Position numbers and translations under genes: made by a program. From Peribolospora baueri (Eukaryota), in contig JAMDHS010000077.1 of the NCBI GenBank assembly GCA_029717555.1, positions 1 through 64,000 of the forward strand: DNA of 64,000 nucleotides, in the 5' to 3' direction. The notes beneath the pieces are model-generated. The model was not told where the DNA came from. It saw only the letters and a list, made by a program, of their open reading frames with translations, and did no database searches. Below, in pieces: positions 1 through 12,309 of this stretch (position 1 is its first letter; every line of letters begins with the position of its first letter).

Positions 1-11
1 GTGGGAAAAAG

Positions 12-42
<31 letters not shown>
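12..42. repeat. poly(A) homopolymer run
   Basis: About 31 consecutive A residues are directly visible. Confidence 0.9.
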
Positions 43-44
<2 letters not shown>

Positions 45-651
45 TTGGTCGATCGAGGTGAAGGAAGGACGAGCCATACGCGGTGCTCTCTCTTTCTTTC
101 TTTCTTTTTTTTGTCTTTCTTTTCTTTCCTCTTTATCCGCCTCGTTGCCTTCCTCCACGCGCTCGCTCGCTCGTCCGATCGTATCGTATCGTATCGTGCG
201 TACGTGACCGTGACGGACAGACGGACACACAGACAGACAGACGGACGGAAGGAGGGCGGAAGATGGGATCCGGTCCGATTCGGTTGGAGTTCGATATTGG
301 TACATACATGCATACATAACATCCGTGCGTGCTGTACGTGATCGCGTGCGGTTTTACAGAAGGGAGGAGGACACTTCTTTTTTGGCTTGATTGACGAACG
401 CGGAGAGAAAGAGAAAGAAAGAAAACCGAGTCCGGATCCGTGTCGTCCGAGCGGAGTGACGGCCGAGGCGATTAGGCTGGGGCGGGGGACGAATGTAGTG
501 CAGGCAGTCTAGTGACGTGACGAGGCGAGGACAGATGCATGCGCACGAAGGATGGGAGCGAGGAGCGGGACGGGGACGGGGACGGGGAGCGAGGTTGACG
601 AGAAAGGACGCGGTGCGGCGGTCGCCTTTGGGGTTCATGACGATGAGCCGG

Positions 652-1823
652 TCACTTAACGATGAGCACGGGCGCCTCGGCGTGTGCGACGAGGTAGTTG
701 GAGCAGCTGCGTCGGAGAGAAGGGAAGAAAAGACGGAAAGATGAGACGAGCAAGCAGGGGCAGGGTGGATCCCCCTCTCGCCCCTCGACTCACGTGCCGC
801 TCGTAAAGGGCCTTTTCACTCCAAGCCTCCTCCTGCCGACGACGATGAGGTCTACCTGGTGGTAGCGGGCGACGCGGAGGATGGCTGCGCGAGGCTCTCC
901 GTGGAGGATGTGGAGGGTGGTTGCGATCTGCGGTGGAAGCGGGGATCGTTACGGGAGGTAAGGAGGGGCAGAAGAGAGACGTAGGACGAGCGAGCTGTTG
1001 CACGCACGTGGAGATCGAGCAAGCGATCCTCGAGCTTGTACAGCTTGGCGACGGCCTCCTCGCGGAGCTCTTCCAACGCCTCGTCTTCCCTCTGGAGGGC
1101 CTCTTTGACCTTGGCTAGGTGGGGCGATGAGAGGGGCGGGTGAGGAAGACGATGGGGAGGAGAGAAAGAAAGAAAAGAAAAGAGGCTCACCTGGAATCTT
1201 CTGGCTCACTTCTGGGTTGATGATGCTAGCCGGCAGGACGGTGACGAGGAAGATGTGATCATCTGGCTTGGCGACGTCGGAGAGGAGATATTCGAACGCT
1301 CGGTCGCTGTGCTCGGAACCGTCGTAAGCGAGAAGAATCTTTCTGTCGAAAAAGGCGGGGCGCGGAGCGAAGGGGGACGAATAGAGGAGGGAAAGAGGGC
1401 GGGGATGGATGATGAGCGGACGATGGAGGGCAGCGAGCGAGCGGGCCTAGACGTAGACAGACGGACGATACCCGGACCGACGACGCCCACCTTCCTTGCT
1501 CGGACGCTGGCGCCGACGTCACCAATGATCCGTTCTCCCGGCTCGGGAACAAAGTGGACGCCGGCCTGGTCCGGCGCGGCGGGCACGTCTGCTCTCGCGA
1601 GGGGTTGTCCGGACGAATAGCGAACGTGGTCGGCAAGATTGGCGGGGGACTCGTTGCTCGGAGGGAGGACGGGCGGCGGTGAGCGGAGGCTGGCGGTGGC
1701 GGCGAGTGTTGGTGTTGGTGCGGGTGCGAGTCGAGGTAGAGGGGCTCGGTGAGCGAGAGGGGCCGCGGACGAGGGCGGCGGAGGAGGTGCCGCATCGGAG
1801 GCGGTGCGGTCGGTGGTGGCCAT
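652..1823 (-). CDS. Universal stress protein (USP/UspA) domain protein, multi-exon
   Basis: Spliced exons read KILLAYDGSEHSDRAFEYLLSDVAKPDDHIFLVTV ... LHILHGEPRAAILRVARYHQVDLIVVGRR ... SNYLVAHAEAPVLIVK*, which are canonical USP motifs. GT-AG introns separate them. Confidence 0.8.
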
Positions 1824-2027
1824 GGTGCGTGAGGGGCGGGAGGTGTGTGCTTATATAGTCAAGCAAGGGCGAACGTGGTGGCGGGTGTCGTTGGTGGTCG
1901 ACAAGGTAAGGTTAGGTTGGGACGACGGCGGCTGGCGGAGAAGATACGCAGTAGAGAATAGGTGGAGTGGTCCCGACAGCAACATCCGTGTCCGTCCGCG
2001 TTCGTGTTGCCCAGCGCCAGCGCCACA

Positions 2028-2101
2028 ACATGGACATGGACATGGACATGGACATGGACATGACCGTGACCGTGACCGTGACTACCATTGCCATTGCCAT
2101 C
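2028..2101. repeat. Compound hexanucleotide microsatellite (GACATG)n-(GACCGT)n-(CCATTG)n
   Basis: Tandem units are directly visible. Confidence 0.85.
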
Positions 2102-3138
2102 ATCACCCCGCCGTCTCCATCCCCTCGTCCGCCGATCGAGGCGACGACGCCAAGATGGAAAAGATGGAACCGCTTCCACACGTCTGTCGTCGCCCTGCCG
2201 ACCACGCGATAGAACCGGATCGGATCCGACCAAGTCGCCAGCGGCCGATCACCGAATCTCTCCTTCCTCCTCCTCCTCCTCCTTCGTCCTTCTCCCGAAA
2301 GAAGACAAGGACAACAGCCGGTGCGAGGAGAAAGAGAAACAGAACGAAACAGCGTGTCCACATTCCTGCATCACGCATCCCCCGCCCGCGCCTGCAGGAG
2401 ACGGACGGAGACGGTGACGCAGGATCAGCCAGCGGGGATCCCGTCGCACGTGCTCTCTGCTTCTATCTTCTGCAGTCTTTCCTCCGAGGTGGAACATCGT
2501 TCGCGTTCGCATTCGCATTCGGCGGGGCACATTGTTTCATTCACTCTTAACAATCGTCTTTTCCATGGACGAAGAGCAGTCCAGTCCAGTCCAGTCAGAG
2601 GGAGAAAGGTATAAACAGGCCTTCCGTTTCCCGCGCCTTCTCCCTCCATCTCCAATCCAGTCCACAAGCCTTCTCGTCCTGCTTTTCCATAACCATCACT
2701 GGCAGAACTTTTCTCTCCTCTGCTTCGCAATAACCCTCATACCATGTCACCCGCTCCATCTGAACCTGCGCTTGCTCCCATCCCAACGCCGGAGTCTGGT
2801 GTCTCCGAGTCTCCGAGTCAGGCCTAACGCTCGTGAGAAGGGAACAAAGACTCAACTCGTCGTTCATATTATTTCTAGAAATGTTCTCCCCCAGGATTCG
2901 ACTTGACCTGGGCTGCCCTCGCCAGTTCGCGCCTTCCGAACCAATACCGCTCCCGGTACACGCGCTTAACATCCTCGCCGCTATGGCCAACGCCTTCGTC
3001 ACCCTACCATCATTTCGTTCTATAGCCATTCAGCGGCAACGCGGGCGGCGCAAGGTGCACACAAAGCGACAATCGTCCGACCTCGTGTTTCCCCCAACGG
3101 ATCGCAACGGGTACCCATTGGTGCCCCTGCGCTCTGGA

Positions 3139-3675
3139 GGTCCCATTGGAGCTCAGCCCCCTTGTGGGGAATGGGCGCCCTTGGGTTCCGTCTGGGATGA
3201 GGACACGAGGGATGACCATCATCCGTTCCTTCCAAATCCCCTAACCCCAAGCTAGTGAAGCAGACCATTCCCTTCCCCCAGTAGAAGTAGTGGAGCAGAC
3301 CATTCCCTTCTCCCAGTAGAAATAGACCATCCCCTCTCCTCCCTTCAGTGCCTGTCGACGGGTTGCAGAGGGGTGCCACCTGGCATCGCTGCACCCCGAG
3401 GTCCCATTGAAGCTCAGCCCACTTACTCTTCTTACAGAAAATGGGCGCCTTTGGGTTCCGCTCGACGCACATGCTTCCCCTGCAGTGTAAATCCCATCAA
3501 ACAGTACTCGTCAATGGGCACGGCTACGTTGGTCCTAAAGTTTCTCTCGCGTTCCGATCCCAGCCCTTGTGGGAATGGGCGCTTCGTGTTCTGTCTGCGC
3601 TCAGAAAATGACGGTCGCTGCTCCTTTTCAAGCCCGCCCCCCCCCCAAGTAGAGATTTAGTAGACCATCCGCCCC
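3139..3675. repeat. Cluster of degenerate local repeats (~55-bp unit x3 and ~35-bp tandem x2-3)
   Basis: GGTCCCATTG(G/A)AGCTCAGCCC...AATGGGCGCC.TTGGGTTCCG occurs at ~3139 and ~3400, with a partial copy at ~3560. AGTG(A/G)AGCAGACCATTCCCTT.CCCAGTAGAA is tandem at ~3254-3323. Confidence 0.7.
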
Positions 3676-4073
3676 CTCCCTCCCCTCTTTCCAGGGCCCT
3701 CCGGGCATACATACCGCGTGCCAGCTGGCTCGCTAGTCCGGAGGGACTAGCAAGGCTGCACGCATGCGAGTATGAACAAGTACCAAGTGGTCAGGCACGA
3801 TCAATCGACACCGACGGCCGTCTCCATCGGTAGCGAAGCACGGCAGACAGCATATGAAGAGGCCTTTCTGACAAGAACGTCGGGCGATCGAAAATAATTT
3901 CGAAGTCAAGTCCCGCACCGCACAGTCGATGGAGTGCATATGTTACAAGCCTGGTGATGACGATGGAACCCGAAGATTCCCCATAGAGCGCACCGCTACT
4001 CCTACAGGCGCACCGAGGAGCAAATCGGGCCCCGTTTTCATAGAGAGATGAAATCCTACGAAGCGGAGAGCGC

Positions 4074-4962
4074 TTAGTAGAAGGTCTGAGAGAATAAGAT
4101 CCAAAGCCGAAGCAGGTCAGACATTTGCACAACGGACACGGTCAATATCCGCAATGGACGCTTCTATACTCACAGCAGGCCTGCGAGCGGTAAAGATGCC
4201 ACGGCTTTGAACGCGGCGGTGGGGCAGGGGGAACTTGACCTTGGGAACCAGGAGCTGCTTGATGTACGGGCGGCGGACATCCTCGGTCTTCTCGAGCTCC
4301 TGAACCCTCAGAATCTGCAGCAGACGGGACGAGGGGGGTTTGTCAGACCACACCTCTGGCGTTGATCTATGGGCTGGCTTAACTCACGTGAATGGAGCCG
4401 AAACGGGCACGGTGACGGGCGGCCATGTCCTGGTAGCAGGACTCGACGGCGTCGGCACGGGAGAGCTCGCGGTACTCCTTGTACATGTTGTGCGTGCCGG
4501 AGCGCGAGTTGTAGCGGAGCCAGACGCCGAAGTTCTTGACCTTGTTGGGCTTCTTCTCCGCGACCTGGGTGAGGAAGCAGTGCGGTACGAACGTCAGTCG
4601 TCGAATGCGCCCAGAAACGTCCAACCCAATAGCTGTCCATCGGGGTTCCAGCCGACCTGTCCCACCCCTACCCTATCTCCGCCTCGCCCCAGAAGCATCC
4701 CAAGAGCGCCGACATAGAACAGTGTGCGCTCCGCCACCCCCTCCGTCTAATAAGACTCGACACAAATACCCACCTTGTGAACCGCAACAATCTCACCCGT
4801 CGCCTTCTTCATCTTCCGAAGCTGGCGGACGAAGTACCAGAAGCGCGACTTGGCCACGACCTCGTTGGGCGCGAAGATGCGCATGCGGTAGAGCTTGGGC
4901 TCGGGCTCCCGCTCCGTCGGGAGGTGGCGCCCGATCACAACGTACTCCGAGAGGCGACCCAT
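4074..4962 (-). CDS. RPL20: 60S ribosomal protein eL20 (L20/L18a)
   Basis: Exons read [44 protein letters not shown] / [23 protein letters not shown] / [20 protein letters not shown], with a tiny terminal exon TFY*. Confidence 0.95.
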
Positions 4963-5339
4963 GGCTGATATGAACGGTCTTGAGGCTGATGTTGAGGGGT
5001 GACGATCCGACGGGCTGCGCCTGAGAGCGGGCGATTGGCCTCGCTTCGCACTGCGGCGCGAATCCTCGAGAGAGGAGAGCCTGTATAGATGGTTAACCCT
5101 AACATAAAGCACTTAACCCTACCTGTCCCCAACGCCAGCTCCGCCTATCACCCCCAAACGCCGTGGAACGTCGGTGCGCGCTGTTTTGCGGACTTGCCCG
5201 ATCGCCGTTCGTTCCGTTGCCCATCGCATCGCCTCCGCCTCGTTCGCCCGTTCGTCTCACAACCGACCGCGCGCGTTTCACGGCTCGGAGTCGTCCTTCT
5301 TTCCCAAATCATTCGTTTGTCACCTTCTCGGACGGGGCC

Positions 5340-8118
5340 ATGCCGCTCTTTGAAGAGGAGAACCAGGGAGAGCTGCGCTCGTACCTCATCGACCAGCTAA
5401 AGCCCATGTGAGTTTCGTCCGTGCTGTTCCCCGACCACATGCAGTCGATGCTGACGCTCTCCCTCCCTTCCTTGGTTCCTCTGCAGCTGGGACGGCGACC
5501 CGGACGTTCTGGCGGATTATGTGCTTGCTCTATTGAAACACGAGGGCAATGACGAAGAGCTGCAAACGTTGCTTAGCACGCAACTTGTTGACTTCTTGTC
5601 AGATGGTGAGCATAGCTACCTTGCCCATATTCCCCCTCCCTTGTGTCTCCTGCGCCACCTCTCATCGCGGGCACTCATTCCTTCGCTCCTTCGTCTGGTT
5701 TTACCTTCAGATACGTCTTCGTTTGTGCCCAAGCTCTTCAAGGCTCTCAAGGAGGAGTCGTATCTTACTTCAAAAGCTCCGGTTCCAGATGCCCGATCAA
5801 TTCCGGATTACAGGAACCAGACATCATCCTCCTCTCCGAACGCATCCTCTCGAGGAACTAAGCGTGGAGCGGAGGAGGACGATGATCGGCGGCGGGCAAA
5901 CAATAAGCAACCGCGTGCTGCGTCGCCCGGTCTTGTCAACGCTCCTAAGGGCCCGAGGGCGATGACGGCGACGGCGGATTTTGCGGACCGGCGGTCAGAG
6001 GAGCGGAGAGACGGCAGGGATCGGGAACAGAAGAAACAGTCTGGGAAGAAGGAGCCATGTCGAGACTATCACTGTGAGAAGTCCGTCTCCAATTTCTTCT
6101 TCGCGTGAAGCGTATGCTGATCTCTTCTGCTTGCGCTACCACCTCCAGTCCGAGGCTTCTGTCCGCGAGGTGCGAATTGCCAGTACGATCACAGCCCGAA
6201 TGTCGCCTTGCCACAGAACGGACAACCTGGTGTCGCTCCAAACGGCTTCCCTCCGAACATGGGCATGGGCATGGGCCCGATGAACCCGATGATGCTCCCT
6301 CCTGGCTTTCAGCCTCCGCCCGGCTTCGCTCCGCCGATGGGTTTCCCCCCTGGTTTCGGTCCTCCTTCTTTCAGTCCACCTCAGGGTGGCCCTGGCGGTG
6401 CGCCTGGGGGCGTGATGGGCCGCGCTTCCGGGTCTCCAGATCCGTCAATGTTTACAGGTGTCCAGAACGGCGGCGCAACGTCGGCGGTATCTTCACCTGG
6501 TCCTAGCTTGGAGGCTCGACTGTCTTCTGGGAATGTACCGATGGCTCCGGCTGGGATTGAGGTGGCGCCCGGAACGGGGCGAGGAGGCTTTGGTGGGCGT
6601 GGTCGCGGTAGCGGACGCGGAGGCCGGGGCACGTTCAAGCAACCCCACCTGTCCAAGACGACGTTGGTGATTGAAAACGTGCCACCGGAGGCACTCAACC
6701 TTATGAAGGTCAACGAGCACTTCAGCAAGTTTGGCACGATTACCAACATCAGCATCGACGTGCCGAACTCGAAGGCGCTAGTGTCCTTCTCGAATCACGG
6801 CGAGGCCCAGGCTGCTCACGAGAGCCCCGAAGTTGTTTTTGGTAATCGCTTTGTTAAGGTTTACTTCCAGCGGGTCGAGACTCCTACTCCCACTGCACCG
6901 CCAGTCGTCGCTACTCCTGTCGCTCCGGTCCATGCTGGTGGCTCAGGATCTTCGAGGATCTTCAACAAGCCAGCCGCCGCGGTCGAGCGTCAGAAGCAGA
7001 CGCTGCAGGCGACGTTGGAGTTGCAGAAGCAAAAGCAGGCTCTACTGGACAAGCAGATCGCGGAGCAGAAGGCGTTGATGGAGAAGTTGACAAAGCCGGA
7101 CATCACTGCGGAGGAGAAGCAGGAGATCATGAAGGCATTCAAAAAGCTTGACGAGGAGGTGAAGACCACCAAGACAGCCGTGGCCATATCGTCAAAGGCG
7201 GACGCGGGCGCTGCTCTGGCGAAGGAGCGAGCGGCACAGAGAGAGGCCAAGGTGCGCGAACAGCTCGATCGGGAATTGGAAGCCCACACTCAGATGGGCG
7301 CAGGCGGGAAGAACACCGACGCGCTCAAGGCAAAACTAGCCGAGCTCCAGGCGGAGGCTGCGTCATTGGGCATCGAAGACGTAGAGCAAGGCGGCAGCGC
7401 TGGCGGTTACAATACGCGCGGGAGGGGCAGGGGTCGAGGCGGTTACTATCAATCTTATAATCCTCGCGCGCGGGGCTTTCCTCGGGCCAGGGGCGGGGCG
7501 AACCGGGTGTTCAAGCTGGACAACCGAACGACGAAGGTGGCCGTCTCTGGCTTGCCAGAGGGTGCCAGCAAGGAGAGCGTGCAGGAGCATCTCAAGGTCT
7601 GTCCCTCGATTTTTAATCTGTATCGAGATTTATCGGGGGTGTAAACTGAGATTTCTAATGTTTGCTTTCTTTTTTTCGTCCTTAGCAATTCGGTGACGTG
7701 GATGCCTTTACCGACACGGACTCGGGCTTTGTCGTCGCTTTCAAGACGCGCTCTTCGGCTGAGCAGGTGAGTGCAAGGCCGCTGTCCTCCTTGCCATTGA
7801 CGACACGGATCCTAACCGTCTCGCTGACCATCTCGGTTTCATGTCTTTTTGTCACTCCAGGCCTTGCACAAAGGCACAAACATTCCCGACGTCGGACAGG
7901 TCAGCATGTCATGGTTCGTTGAGCCTGCCGCTTCCTCCACGCCTTCGGCTTTCAGCAACGGTGCCTCAGTCGGCGCGACCGAATCTATATCTGATGGCGC
8001 GGAAGATGCGAGCGGGAATGCGGCGGTAGAGACCGGAGAAGAGGCGGTTGAAACGGCTGAGGAACAAGGAGAAGAGGAGGAAGAGGACGAGGACAAGGAG
8101 ACGAACTGGAAGCGCTAA
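5340..8118 (+). CDS. RBM26/RBM27-like RNA-binding protein (PWI, CCCH zinc finger, RRM, coiled coil)
   Basis: PWI-like DPDVLADYVLALLKH; CCCH finger CRDYH/RGFCPRGANCQYDH; RRM TTLVIENVP...FSKFGTITNI...VFGNRFVKVY; FKLDNRT motif. Confidence 0.85.
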
Positions 8119-8504
8119 GCGCGCAGATCTACAGCGAGACGCGACCATGGAACCCCACGTTTGTCGCCGTGCAGCATTTGAGCCCGTGCGGTCGGCTATG
8201 TAACGATAGCAAAAAGTTCCACTCTTGTACTTCTTACCTGATGCCACTTGCAATGATTGGCAGACAGTCGTGGAACCATCTATCATATGTTTAGAGTGAC
8301 GCCTGACGGACTCGAGTTTCGTGGTTGCCACTCAAGGTGCCAGCCACGGCACGTCTGGGTGCCACAGCGCCACGTATGTGCAATACCCGCCGCAGCAAAT
8401 CCGCTGAGAAGCCCCAGGCCGATTGCTTCGCTGGCTGGCTCGAGCGTCGTTTCCGCTCTCATTCCTCCAACTCGCTGCGAGACGCAGACGTTCCGCTTCC
8501 CAGC

Positions 8505-11500
8505 ATGAGGTCTCCCAGACCGCTGTCCCTCCTTTTTCTCTCCTCCTTTCTTCTTGTTCTTTCCCTCGTTCGACAAGCCTCGGCGCTCGGCGTCGTGGCA
8601 ATCGATTATGGCACCGAGTGGATGAAGATCTCGCTCATCAAGCCGGGGTTGCCGTTCGACGTCGTGCTGAGCAGCGACTCGAAGCGCAAGACTCAGTCTG
8701 TGGTTGGATTCAAGGGTGAGGAACGGGTGTTCGGTTCTGACGCTTTCAGCTTGGTGAGTTATGCACCGGTAGCGCTGCTCGTCCCCCCGCTGGAACAGGC
8801 TGCCGTCTCTCCGTGGGCTGCATGGTCACTGCATAATTCCGAGGCAGTGTCCCTAGTTTGAGAGCTTTCCAGCTAATGTGCATTTTTTTTACCGTTTTTG
8901 ATGCTCTTTGCTGTGATCTCATCCCATAGGCGAGTCGGTTTCCCGAGAATGTCTACCCCGCCGCCAAGCTCGTTGCCGGTCGTCTGGCGAACGACAGTTT
9001 CACGGAACGGCAAGCGAGGCTCTTCGGCACTCGACAAGTTCCTACGGAGCGCGGGACGGTTTCCGTACGGAGGACTGACGGCGAGTCGTTCCTGGTGGAG
9101 GAGCTCATTGCCATGCAGTTTCAACATGCCAAGGCGCTCGCCGAGGACACGGCCGGGGAGCGGCTCTGGGACGCTATCGTCACCGTGCCGCCTTTCTTTA
9201 CTCAATACGAGAGGCAGGCGATGTGGGACGCCATCGAGCTGGCCGGGTTCCGGCCTATGGCTCTTGTGAACGATGGTGTGGCCAGTGAGTCTCTCTTCCA
9301 TGATCAAGCTTTACATATCTGTGCTGGGCGGACCTGACGGCTTCCCGCGAATTACGCCCCTCATTCATGGTAGCTGCGGTCAACTTTGCCATGACTCGGG
9401 ACTTCCCTACTCCCGAGCGTCACGTCTTCTTCGACGTCGGCGCAGGCGCTACGAAAGCCACGTTGGTCGAGTTCTCCACGCTTGTGGACCAGGAGAGGAA
9501 TGGGGCTGCGTACACCCAGGTCGACGTCAAGGGCGTGGGTTGGGACCGCGAACTGGGAGGGATCGCTCTCGACGAGAAGGTACGGGACATTCTCGCCGAG
9601 GACTTCCAGAACAAGCACGGCAGCAAGTTGAGCGTGCCCGTCAAGGAGAACAAGCGGGCCATGGCAAGACTACTCAAGGAAGCTAATAGGGTCAAGCAGG
9701 TCTTGAGCGCCAATCAGGAAGCGACTTCGGGGGTATGTGATGAGCCCCTTTGGTATGAATAATGTTATGCAGGCACCCCGACGGCTGCTGATAAAAAATT
9801 CCCTGCATTTTTTATTCTCGCACTGCAGGTCGAGAGCCTGGCTGACGATATCGACTTCCGAACAAAAGTATCTCGTGCCCAGCTGGAAGACGCTTGCGCC
9901 GACCTGAAGCCTCATTTCACTCAGCCGCTGCTCGACGCTCTCGAGGCCGCCAATCTGACCGAGGTAAGAGTCTGTTACGGCCGAATTGCATTGCTCCATG
10001 GGTTGCATGGCTGATTTGCTCACGCATCTGTTCTACTTTTGTAGAGCGACATCAACTCTGTTGTGCTCGTTGGCGGTAGCTCTCGCGTGCCGATGATCCA
10101 GTCTGCTGTTCGATCCCTAGTCGGCTCCAGCCGCATTGCGCAGAACATCAACGCTGACGAGGCTGCCGTAATGGGTGAGTGTGAGAAGCTTCTCTCAACT
10201 TTTTCGAGCTCAAACTCACTGCTCGCTTTCGAGCGTCTTCCGTTGGGTAGGTGCGGCATTGTACGGCGCCTCTGTTGCCCCCGGATTCCGCACCAAGGAC
10301 ATCCGCGTGGACGACATCAACACATACGATATCGAAGCGGTGCACGACCCGGAGTCAGAACGCCCGACCGAAGTGCGCGTGTTCTCGGCCGGATCGCCCG
10401 CAGGAGTTGAGAAAGGCATGACTGTCCCTAAGAAGCAGAACTTCCAATTCGCTCTGGGATATCCAGAGGATGGAAACCATGACCCGTGAGTGTGGCCAAC
10501 GTTTGTCCTAGCTCTATCGTCAGCCGATCTGCGAGACTGACCTGCACGTACATCGTCTCTTTCCCGCTAGCGCTTTCCCGAGGCAGTTCATGTTGGCCTC
10601 CGTCTCCGGTGTAGAGGCAGCGCTCCAGAACTTCACCTCGGAAGCCGGCGAGCCGCCTTCGTCGGCCATTTACATGGTGATCGAATCAGATGTTTCTGGT
10701 ATAGTCAAGCCTGTGGAGGCCAACCTCATGATCAAGCCGCCCGGCACCGGAAGCATCGCCGACAAACTGAGGGTCCTCCTTGGACAAGCGCCTCCTGGAG
10801 AGGCGAACCAGACGGAACCGGCCGAGGGTGAGCAGACGGTCAAGCTCAAGGTCGACAAGACTTACCTCGGCGTCAAGCCCATGTCGTTGAACGAAAAGAA
10901 GGCCAGTCGTTCGATGTAAGTGGTCCTATTTTGCGCGCAAAGAAGGGCCGACGAAGCGCTGACATTCGACTCGTTCGGTGCCGCAGGCTACTAACGCTGG
11001 AGGGCCGTGAGAAGCTCAAAGCACAGCGAGAAGCGGCGCGTAATGGCCTGGAGAGTTACATTTACCGCGTGCGCGACATGCTTGAAAGCGATCCCGCCTT
11101 TATCGAGTCATCCAAGGAGGCCGAGCGGAAGGCCATTCAGGACAAACTGAGCGAGATGAGCGCATGGCTGTCGGAGGAGGGTGACTCTGCGGAGACGGAT
11201 GAGCTCAAGTTGAGGAAGTCCAGCCTGGAGTGAGTTTCGACCTGCCGTTGCTCCGTCTCTGTGATAATTAGTCGAGACCGCTGACCTTCATTGATGGCCA
11301 TCGCCGTGCACATCCGAGCAGATCCGTCGTTAACCCAGTCCACGGGCGCAGCGAAGAGCACACTCTCCGACCGGAGCTGATCGCGGCCCTGGAAAAGGCA
11401 TTCGTGGCAGTGCGCAAGTTCGTGGATGAGGCGCTGACGAACGTAACGCTGGCGGTCGAGGCGGAAGAAACACCGAAGTATACCGAGGAAGAGCTCGTCG

Positions 11501-11793
11501 GTCTGACTAACATGTTGGCGACCGACCGCAAATGGCTCACCGAGAAGACGGCCAAGCAGCTTGAACTGGGGCCGGCGGACGAGCCAGCGCTCAAGTCGGG
11601 AGAGCTGAAGCGGAAAACGGAGATCTTGGAGGGTCTGGTGGACCAGCTAAGGAAAAGGAAGGCGCCCAAGGTGCCCAAGGCGACTAAGGCCAGCTCGAGT
11701 TCGAGCGCGTCGGCACCGACGCACGCGGCAAAGGAATCTGGGAAGGAGGCGGGCAAGAAAGAGGACAAGGTGCCTGTTCACGAGGACCTTTAG
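8505..11793 (+). CDS. LHS1: ER lumenal Hsp70 nucleotide exchange factor (Lhs1/GRP170/HYOU1)
   Basis: Signal peptide followed by AIDYGTEWMKISLIKPGLPFDVVL, FDVGAG, LVGGSSRVPMIQ, NINADEAAVMGA and ARNGLESYIY; ends in the ER-retention variant HEDL*. Confidence 0.9.
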
Positions 11794-12309
11794 TAGATTG
11801 GTTGCTGGTTATATCCCGTGATCGTTCGTGTGTAGAGAGACCGATTATGAATACAGCTGTTAGATAGTCCAGCGTCTGTCTGTCTGTCTGTCTGTTGTTC
11901 GACGAGCGTGCAAACGCGGCCGTCGTTGCCGGTGGTGGTGGCTCTGTCTGCCTGCGGCGACGGGTGGACTACGGGCCGGCCGATCGACAGGGCAATGCCA
12001 TCCAGCCAACGTCAGTCGATGACCTCGTCGCATCGCCCATTGCCCTGTTCACCGCCGACGACGAGCTCACAGCACTTGTTTCTCTCATCCTCTCGGACGG
12101 TCCGGGTGCCCTGCTCTCAGTTCCCTTCGTCACCCTCCGAAACGCACACGCCGTAGCCCGGCGGGCAAAGAGCAGTGGCAGGCGAGCCAAGCTCATCAAG
12201 CCGTTCCGTCTGCCATCGTCGACCCCACTCACCGTGCTGAGCGGCTCAGACCAGCGCCGGCCTCTCATCCAACCATTTCCCCTGCTCCCGTTTGCCATCC
12301 CTCGCCGCC

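Noticed and set aside
3254..3335. ~35-bp repeats resembling a CRISPR array
   Set aside because: The units are contiguous with no unique spacers, the context is eukaryotic, and there are no cas genes.
4570..4770. Long RPL20 intron as a possible snoRNA host
   Set aside because: No convincing C/D or H/ACA boxes were seen by eye.
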